Assembly: GCA_964582155.1 (NCBI GenBank)
Contig: CAZOSA010000003.1
Span: forward strand, 1 to 41,240
Direction: 5' to 3'
Length of the DNA: 41,240 nucleotides
Source: an uncultured Enterobacteriaceae bacterium
Lineage (GTDB): Bacteria > Pseudomonadota > Gammaproteobacteria > Burkholderiales > SG8-39
Positions within the stretch are counted from its first letter, which is position 1; each line of letters begins with the position of its first letter. The notes beneath the pieces were generated by a model. The model did not search any database and was not told the origin of the DNA. It saw only the letters and a program-made list of their open reading frames with translations. The translations under genes and the position numbers were made by a program. Shown in pieces: positions 33,975-41,240 of this stretch.

Positions 33975-35867
33975 ATGCGGTATCCGACCGAGTTTGACGT
34001 CATCGTGGTGGGTGGTGGGCATGCCGGCACCGAAGCCGCCCTTGCCGCCGCCCGCATGGGCAGTCGCACTCTGCTCCTCACTCATAGCATCGAGACGCTG
34101 GGCCAGATGTCGTGCAATCCCTCGATCGGCGGGATCGGCAAGGGACACCTGGTCAAGGAAATCGACGCTCTGGGCGGTGCTATGGCGCTCGCCACAGACG
34201 AGGCCGGCATCCAGTTCCGCATCTTGAATTCTTCGAAGGGCCCGGCTGTGCGTGCCACGCGGGCGCAGGCCGACCGTGTTCTGTATCGACGTGCCATCCG
34301 TCGCCGGCTTGAGAACCAGCCAAACCTGACTCTGTTCCAGCAGGCGGTGGACGATATCCTGCTCGAAGGCGACCGCGTCATAGGCGTGATCACGCAACTC
34401 GGCATCGTATTTCGGGGGCGCGCCGTGGTGCTCACCGCGGGGACGTTTTTAGCGGGGCGAGTCCATGTGGGTTTGCAGAATTACGCGGCAGGCCGGGCGG
34501 GGGACCCCGCATCGGCGACGCTTGCCGCCCGACTGCGGGAGCTGCAGTTTCCGGCCGGACGGCTGAAGACCGGGACTCCCCCGCGCCTCGACGGGCGGAC
34601 TATTGATTTCACGGGGATGGAGATACAGCCAGGCGATACACCCGAGCCGGTTTTCTCTTTCCTCGGGAAGCGGGAGTTACATCCGCCGCAACGGCCGTGC
34701 TGGATCACACATACTAATGAGCGCACCCACGCGCTGATCCGCAAGGGTCTCGATCGTTCGCCGATGTACACGGGCGTGATCCGAGGCGTCGGCCCGCGCT
34801 ATTGCCCATCGATCGAGGACAAGATCCATCGCTTCGCCGACAAGGCGAGCCACCAGATCTTTCTTGAACCCGAGGGTCTGGACACGAATGAAATCTATCC
34901 CAACGGCATCTCGACCAGCCTGCCCTTCGACGTGCAGCTCGAGCTGGTGCGTTCTGTCCGCGGCCTCGAGAATGCGGCCATCCTGCGACCCGGGTACGCC
35001 ATCGAGTACGACTACTACGATCCGCGCAATCTGAAGTCCTCGCTTGAGACGAAGACCGTGGGCGGACTGTTCTTCGCAGGCCAGATCAATGGCACCACGG
35101 GATACGAGGAGGCGGCCGCGCAGGGACTCCTGGCGGGTATCAATGCTGCCTTGCAGATGCGGGGCGAGGCGGCTTGGTGCCCGCGCCGAGACGAGGCGTA
35201 CCTGGGCGTGCTGGTAGACGACCTCATCACACGCGGGGTGTCAGAGCCCTACCGCATGTTCACCAGTCGCGCGGAGTACCGCCTGATGCTGCGAGAAGAC
35301 AACGCCGACCAGCGCTTGACGGAAATCGGGCGTCGACTGGGAGTCGTGGACGATGCGCGCTGGGACGCTTTCTGCTTAAAGCGCGACGCGATCGTGCGAG
35401 AGCAGGACAGGCTTGAGCACTTGTGGGCGAGGCCGAACCAGCTGCCGGAAGCCGACGCGCTTCGAGTCCTCGGCAAGCCTATCGACCGCGAGCATTCGTT
35501 CGCCGCGCTCCTCCGTCGGCCTGACGTGAGTTATCGCTCACTTATGACACTCCCAAGTGCCGGAAGGGGCGTTGATGATGACCGCGTCGCGGATCAGGTC
35601 GAAATCCAGGCCAAGTACCGAGGCTATATCGAGCGCCAGAAAGACGAGGTCGCGCGGCACGCCCAGCAGGAAGATCTGAAGCTGCACTCGGACTTCGACT
35701 ACCGCCTGGTACGTGGACTTTCCAAGGAGGTGCAGCAGAAACTCGCGCTGCAACGACCCGAGACCGTGGGGCAGGCCGCCCGCATGTCGGGGGTTACGCC
35801 TGCGGCGATTTCCCTCCTGCTGGTGCATTTGAAGAAGGGCGCGCAGCCACAAAAGAAGCGTGCATGA
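33975..35867 (+). CDS. mnmG: tRNA uridine 5-carboxymethylaminomethyl modification enzyme MnmG (GidA)
   Basis: Start reassigned to ATG 33975. [50 protein letters not shown] and [16 protein letters not shown]. Confidence 0.98.
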   Translation: MRYPTEFDVIVVGGGHAGTEAALAAARMGSRTLLLTHSIETLGQMSCNPSIGGIGKGHLVKEIDALGGAMALATDEAGIQFRILNSSKGPAVRATRAQADRVLYRRAIRRRLENQPNLTLFQQAVDDILLEGDRVIGVITQLGIVFRGRAVVLTAGTFLAGRVHVGLQNYAAGRAGDPASATLAARLRELQFPAGRLKTGTPPRLDGRTIDFTGMEIQPGDTPEPVFSFLGKRELHPPQRPCWITHTNERTHALIRKGLDRSPMYTGVIRGVGPRYCPSIEDKIHRFADKASHQIFLEPEGLDTNEIYPNGISTSLPFDVQLELVRSVRGLENAAILRPGYAIEYDYYDPRNLKSSLETKTVGGLFFAGQINGTTGYEEAAAQGLLAGINAALQMRGEAAWCPRRDEAYLGVLVDDLITRGVSEPYRMFTSRAEYRLMLREDNADQRLTEIGRRLGVVDDARWDAFCLKRDAIVREQDRLEHLWARPNQLPEADALRVLGKPIDREHSFAALLRRPDVSYRSLMTLPSAGRGVDDDRVADQVEIQAKYRGYIERQKDEVARHAQQEDLKLHSDFDYRLVRGLSKEVQQKLALQRPETVGQAARMSGVTPAAISLLLVHLKKGAQPQKKRA

Positions 35868-36493
35868 CGTCGAGGGAGACCGCGCTGCGACGCGGCCTCG
35901 AGGCGCTTGGATTGTCCTTGCCGGCGGGCGCGCAGGACAAGTTGCTCGCCTACCTCGAATTGCTCGCGAAATGGAACAAGACCTATAACCTGACTGCGAT
36001 TCGCGATCCGGACAAGATGATCGGCCTCCACCTGCTCGACTCGCTCGCCGTGCTGCGGCATCTGCCGGCGGGAAGTCTCGCCGACGTCGGCTCGGGAGGC
36101 GGCCTGCCTGGAATTCCTCTGGCCATCGCCGAACCCACGCGGTGCGTGACACTGAATGACGCCAACCACAAGAAGGCCGCCTTCCTGCAGCAGGCGGTCA
36201 TCGAATTGCGGCTGACCAACGCCCAGGTGCACATAGGGCGCGTGCAGGCGTGGCACCCGGCGGAGTCATTCGCGTGCGTCGTCACCCGCGGATTCGCCGA
36301 ACTGGCGGATTTCATCGCGGCTTGCCGCCACCTGGTTGCGCCTGGCGGTGTGCTCGCCGCAATGAAGGGCGTGTTCCCGCAAGGCGAGCTGGAACGCGTG
36401 CCTGCCGACGCGCACTGCCGCGACGTGCACCGCCTCGACGTGCCGTTGCTCGACGCGGCGCGGCACCTCGTTCTGTGTCGGTGCGCGGGTTGA
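35864..36493 (+). CDS. rsmG: 16S rRNA m7G527 methyltransferase RsmG (GidB)
   Basis: [18 protein letters not shown] and [15 protein letters not shown]; ATGA overlap with mnmG. Confidence 0.97.
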   Translation: MTSRETALRRGLEALGLSLPAGAQDKLLAYLELLAKWNKTYNLTAIRDPDKMIGLHLLDSLAVLRHLPAGSLADVGSGGGLPGIPLAIAEPTRCVTLNDANHKKAAFLQQAVIELRLTNAQVHIGRVQAWHPAESFACVVTRGFAELADFIAACRHLVAPGGVLAAMKGVFPQGELERVPADAHCRDVHRLDVPLLDAARHLVLCRCAG

Positions 36494-36495
36494 GC

Positions 36496-37281
36496 ATGGC
36501 GCGCGTCATCGCAGTGGTGAACCAAAAGGGTGGCGTCGGCAAGACGACGACCAGCGTCAACCTCGCCGCGGCGCTGGCACGCGCCGGCCAACGCACGCTG
36601 CTGGTCGACATCGATCCGCAGGGCAACGCCACCATGGGCAGCGGCGTCGACAAGCGCGTCGCTTCGCGCACTGTGTATCACGCGCTGCTCGGCCTGGGCG
36701 AGGTCGCCAACATCCGCACGCGCGCGGAGCGCGGCGGCTACGATCTGTTGCCCGCCAACCGCGAGCTGGCTGGCGCGGAGGTCGAATTGGTGGAGCTGCA
36801 GAACCGCGAAGGCCGCCTGAAGTCGGCACTCGGCGCCATCGAGGGCGAATACGATTTCGTGTTCATTGATTGCCCGCCGTCCCTTTCACTGCTGACGCTG
36901 AACGGCCTGGTGGCCGCGCACTCCGTACTGATCCCGATGCAGTGCGAGTACTACGCGCTGGAGGGGCTGTCGGACCTCGTCGACACCATCAAGCGGGTGC
37001 GCGCGAATCTCAATCCAAGGCTTGAGATCGCCGGTCTGCTGCGCACTATGTATGACGCGCGCAACACGCTCGCGCAGCAGGTCTCCGACCAGCTCGAATC
37101 GCACTTCGGCGACAAGGTCTACCGCAGCATCGTGCCGCGAAACGTCCGCCTTGCGGAAGCGCCGAGCTACGGCACGCCCGCGGTCCTGTGGGATCCGGAG
37201 TCGAAGGGCGCCCAGGCCTACCTCGCGCTGGCCGGGGAAGTGCTCGAGCGCGAGCGCATCGGCCTGTCGGCGGCAGCGTGA
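36496..37281 (+). CDS. parA: Chromosome partitioning ATPase ParA (Soj)
   Basis: ATG 36496. NQKGGVGKTTT, DIDPQGNAT, IDCPPSL, PMQCEYYALEG and PRNVRLAEAPSYG. Confidence 0.97.
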   Translation: MARVIAVVNQKGGVGKTTTSVNLAAALARAGQRTLLVDIDPQGNATMGSGVDKRVASRTVYHALLGLGEVANIRTRAERGGYDLLPANRELAGAEVELVELQNREGRLKSALGAIEGEYDFVFIDCPPSLSLLTLNGLVAAHSVLIPMQCEYYALEGLSDLVDTIKRVRANLNPRLEIAGLLRTMYDARNTLAQQVSDQLESHFGDKVYRSIVPRNVRLAEAPSYGTPAVLWDPESKGAQAYLALAGEVLERERIGLSAAA

Positions 37282-37300
37282 AACAATTGAGGCGCCAGTC

Positions 37301-38137
37301 ATGAGCAAAGCAAGGGGATTGGGACGCGGGCTGGACGCGCTGCTTGGTGTGGGCGATGCGCCGCGCGATGCGCTCACCACGCTGCCCGTGGGCCGCATCC
37401 GGCCCGGCAAGTACCAACCGCGCACGCGCATGGGCCAGGAAGCGCTGGCCGAACTCGCTGCGTCCATCAAGACGCAGGGGTTGATGCAGCCGGTCCTCGT
37501 GCGCCCGGTGGACCGCGACCGCTACGAGCTGATCGCAGGCGAGCGGCGCTGGCGCGCCGCGCAGATGGCTGGCCTGCAGGAAATCCCCGCGATGGTAAGG
37601 GAGGTTGCCGACGAATCGGCGCTGGCGATGTCGTTGATCGAGAACATCCAGCGCGAGAATCTCAATCCCATGGAAGAAGCGGCCGGGCTGCAAAGGCTGG
37701 TCGACGAATTCCGCATGACGCACGAGCAGGCGGCCGACGCGGTGGGGCGTTCCCGCAGCGCCACCACCAATCTGCTGCGGCTCCTGCGCCTCGCGAAGCC
37801 GGTGCAAGGCATGGTGATGGAAGGCGTGCTGGAGATGGGGCATGCCCGGGCCGTGCTCGCGCTCGATGGCGCGCGCCAGATCGAGGCGGCAAACCGCGTG
37901 GCGGCGCGCGGCTTGTCAGTGCGCGACGCCGAGGCGCTGGTGGCCAAGATGCTGCGTGGCCAAGGCGCACGGCGCACCACGAAGGCCGATCGCGACTTGG
38001 CCCGGCTGGAGGAAGAGGTTTCCGGCCGTCTGGGCACGACCGTCGAAATCCGCGCAACGCGCAAGGGCCGGGGGAAAGTGATCGTGCATTACTCGGGCCT
38101 CGATCACCTGGATCAACTGCTCAAGAAGTTGCGTTGA
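37301..38137 (+). CDS. parB: Chromosome partitioning protein ParB (Spo0J)
   Basis: ATG 37301. GLGRGLDALL, QPR, CTP-binding motif IAGERRWRAA, IENIQRENLNP and HTH GRSRSATTNLLRLL. Confidence 0.97.
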   Translation: MSKARGLGRGLDALLGVGDAPRDALTTLPVGRIRPGKYQPRTRMGQEALAELAASIKTQGLMQPVLVRPVDRDRYELIAGERRWRAAQMAGLQEIPAMVREVADESALAMSLIENIQRENLNPMEEAAGLQRLVDEFRMTHEQAADAVGRSRSATTNLLRLLRLAKPVQGMVMEGVLEMGHARAVLALDGARQIEAANRVAARGLSVRDAEALVAKMLRGQGARRTTKADRDLARLEEEVSGRLGTTVEIRATRKGRGKVIVHYSGLDHLDQLLKKLR

Positions 38138-38166
38138 AATCAAATCCAATATTGCGGCGCAATGCG

Positions 38167-38196
38167 TTGACCACTGTTCATGCAACCCGTTAAAAT
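38167..38196 (+). promoter_or_regulatory. Putative sigma70 promoter of the atp operon
   Basis: TTGACC at 38167-38172, 18-bp spacer, TAAAAT at 38191-38196. Confidence 0.7.
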
Positions 38197-38223
38197 TGCG
38201 CGGCTTTGCAGGGCACCAGGAGC

Positions 38224-38604
38224 ATGAACGCCAGTCTGGGCGTCCTGCGCAAGCCGATCCACACCGTTGTGCGGTGGCAATTGATCGCCACCGCCGCCTT
38301 GACGCTCGCCGGGGGGATTCTGGCCGGAGTCGACGGCGCGCTGTCAGCGGCTCTGGGTGGCGCGGTGAGCGTCTGTGCCGGCTGGATTTCCGCAGTGATT
38401 GCATCGAAGGGCAAGGCGCGGTCCGCGGGGGAGGTCCTCATCGGCGCGCTGTTGGCCGAAGGCGTCAAGATCGGCCTCATCGTGCTCCTGCTGTGGCTGG
38501 TGCTGGCGACCTACAGGGGCATCGTCATGCCTGCGTTCATCGGCTCGTTCGTCTTGACGGCCGTTTTTTATGCAATGGCGTTTTTTGTGCGTGACTACGA
38601 ATAA
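38224..38604 (+). CDS. atpI: ATP synthase protein I
   Basis: Small four-TM protein with SAALGG and AEGVKI, directly before atpB; SD AGGAG. Confidence 0.88.
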   Translation: MNASLGVLRKPIHTVVRWQLIATAALTLAGGILAGVDGALSAALGGAVSVCAGWISAVIASKGKARSAGEVLIGALLAEGVKIGLIVLLLWLVLATYRGIVMPAFIGSFVLTAVFYAMAFFVRDYE

Positions 38605-38607
38605 GCG

Positions 38608-39730
<1,123 letters not shown>

Positions 39731-39755
39731 GCGCGCGCTCCGCGAAGAGACGGCA

Positions 39756-40226
39756 ATGAGCTTCAATCTGACGTTGGTCGGGCAGGCGCTCACGTTCGCG
39801 CTGTTCATCTTGTTCACCGTGAAGGTGGTGTGGCCCTACATGTTGCGCGCCATTGAAGCGCGGCAGAAAAACGTCGCCGACGGCCTGGCCGCCGCCGAGC
39901 AGGGCAGGAAGTCGCTCGAGCAGTCCGCGAAGCAGGCGGGCGACGAGATCACCGGCGCGCGCAGCCGCGCGGCCGACATCGTCGCGCAGGCCGAAAAGCG
40001 TTCGGCGCAGTTGATCGAGGAAGCCAAGGCCAGCGCCGCGGCGGAAGGCGAGCGCGAGAAGGCCGCTGCGAAGGCCGACATCCAACAGGAAGTGTCGCGC
40101 GCGCGCGAGAAGCTGCGCGACCAGGTCGCCGCGCTGGCGGTGGCCGGCGCAGAGAAGATCCTGCGCCGCGAGGTCGACGCCAATGCGCACGCCGACCTGC
40201 TCGACGCGATCAAGAAGCAGCTCTAG
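39756..40226 (+). CDS. atpF: F0 ATP synthase subunit b
   Basis: [11 protein letters not shown]-terminal TM ending VWP, coiled coil, [11 protein letters not shown]. Confidence 0.97.
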   Translation: MSFNLTLVGQALTFALFILFTVKVVWPYMLRAIEARQKNVADGLAAAEQGRKSLEQSAKQAGDEITGARSRAADIVAQAEKRSAQLIEEAKASAAAEGEREKAAAKADIQQEVSRAREKLRDQVAALAVAGAEKILRREVDANAHADLLDAIKKQL

Positions 40227-40231
40227 GAGCA

Positions 40232-40768
40232 ATGGCCGAACCCGGCACCATCGCGCGACCCTACGCCGAGGCGGTGTTCAGGCTCGCCGACGGCGCAGGT
40301 ACACTCGCCGAATGGTCCACGGCGCTCGCGAATCTGTCCGCTGTGGCCGCAGATGCGCGCGTGCGCGCGGCGGTGGGCGACCCGAACCTGTCCGCGACCA
40401 GGGTCGCAGGCCTGATCATTTCGATCCTCGCCGGCAGGCTTTCGGGCGACGCCGAGAATTTCGTGCGCGTGCTGGCGGAAAACGGCCGGCTGGGGGTGGT
40501 GGCGGAGATCCGCACGCATTTCGAGGCGCTCAAGAATGAGCGCGAAGGCACGGTCGAGGCAGAGGTATATACGGCGTTCGAGATGAATCAGGAACAGCTC
40601 GCCGACCTGGTCTCGCGACTGGAGAAGAAAACCGCCCGCAAGGTGAAAGCGCGCGTCAGCGTGGACAAGTCGTTGATCGGCGGGGTCAAGGTGGTGATCG
40701 GCGACAAGGTCATCGATGGTTCCGCGCGCGCCCAGCTGGTCGCGCTCGAGAACGCACTGAAAGCTTAA
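40232..40768 (+). CDS. atpH: F1 ATP synthase subunit delta
   Basis: TIARPYAEA, ENGRL and LIGGVKVVIGDKVIDGS. Confidence 0.97.
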   Translation: MAEPGTIARPYAEAVFRLADGAGTLAEWSTALANLSAVAADARVRAAVGDPNLSATRVAGLIISILAGRLSGDAENFVRVLAENGRLGVVAEIRTHFEALKNEREGTVEAEVYTAFEMNQEQLADLVSRLEKKTARKVKARVSVDKSLIGGVKVVIGDKVIDGSARAQLVALENALKA

Positions 40769-40777
40769 GGAGCAGCC

Positions 40778-41240
40778 ATGCAACTCAACCCGTCCGAAAT
40801 TTCGGAACTGATCAAGAACCGGATCCAGAACCTGGATGCCGGTGCGCAGATGCGCACCCAGGGTACCGTGGTATCGGTGACCGACGGCATCTGCCGCATC
40901 CACGGGCTGTCGGACGCGATGCAGGGCGAGATGCTGGAGTTCCCGAAAAACACCTTCGGCCTGGCGCTCAACCTGGAGCGCGATTCAGTCGGCTCGGTGA
41001 TCCTGGGCGAATACGAGCACATCACCGAGGGCGACACGGTGAAGTGCACTGGCAAGATCCTTTCGGTGCCGGTGGGTCCCGAGCTGCTCGGGCGCGTGGT
41101 GAATTCCCTGGGTGTCCCGATCGACGGCAAGGGACCGGTCAACGCCAAGATGACCGACGTCATCGAGAAGGTGGCGCCGGGCGTCATCGCGCGGCAATCG
41201 GTGTCGCAGCCGGTGCAGACGGGCCTCAAGGCGATCGACG
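40778..41240 (+). CDS. atpA: F1 ATP synthase subunit alpha, 3'-truncated by the window
   Basis: Hand-translated from ATG 40778 (SD AAGGAG): [13 protein letters not shown]...DGICRIHGL...GLALNLE...LLGRVVN...[10 protein letters not shown]. Open to the window end. Confidence 0.97.
   Translation, partial: MQLNPSEISELIKNRIQNLDAGAQMRTQGTVVSVTDGICRIHGLSDAMQGEMLEFPKNTFGLALNLERDSVGSVILGEYEHITEGDTVKCTGKILSVPVGPELLGRVVNSLGVPIDGKGPVNAKMTDVIEKVAPGVIARQSVSQPVQTGLKAID

Noticed and set aside
33840-33975. Alternative oriC next to mnmG, as in E. coli
   Set aside because: I see no DnaA boxes or AT-rich unwinding element here, only parS sites; the dnaA-dnaN gap has the origin signature.

Overview
High-GC, gene-dense core chromosomal window spanning the replication origin of a probable betaproteobacterium (inferred from gene order: no recF between dnaN and gyrB, a TopB-type topoisomerase after dprA-smg, and an rsmB-DUF4390-ntrY-ntrX-trkA-trkH operon). 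Gene order: 3' part of metH, a small 30S protein THX gene missed by the ORF track, trkH-trkA-ntrX-ntrY-DUF4390-rsmB-fmt-def (minus), LysM/TsaP-like-dprA-smg-topB (plus), gyrB-dnaN-dnaA (minus), rpmH-rnpA-yidD-yidC-mnmE, a metabolic block (pckG, class-III aminotransferase, TAXI-TRAP transporter, convergent MFS), mnmG-rsmG-parA-parB, and atpIBEFH plus the 5' part of atpA. Non-coding signals include a likely oriC between dnaA and dnaN (degenerate DnaA boxes, GC spacer, TAG trios), a perfect DnaA box on the dnaA promoter, and two parS sites upstream of mnmG. I found no rRNA, tRNA, CRISPR array, mobile element or defence island, and no convincing wholly new multi-gene system. The best leads are fmt lacking a canonical start and lying in frame behind def, the THX gene, an apparently ATPase-dead NtrX, and the coupled pckG-aminotransferase-TAXI cassette. 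All calls come from motif recognition; no database search was run.
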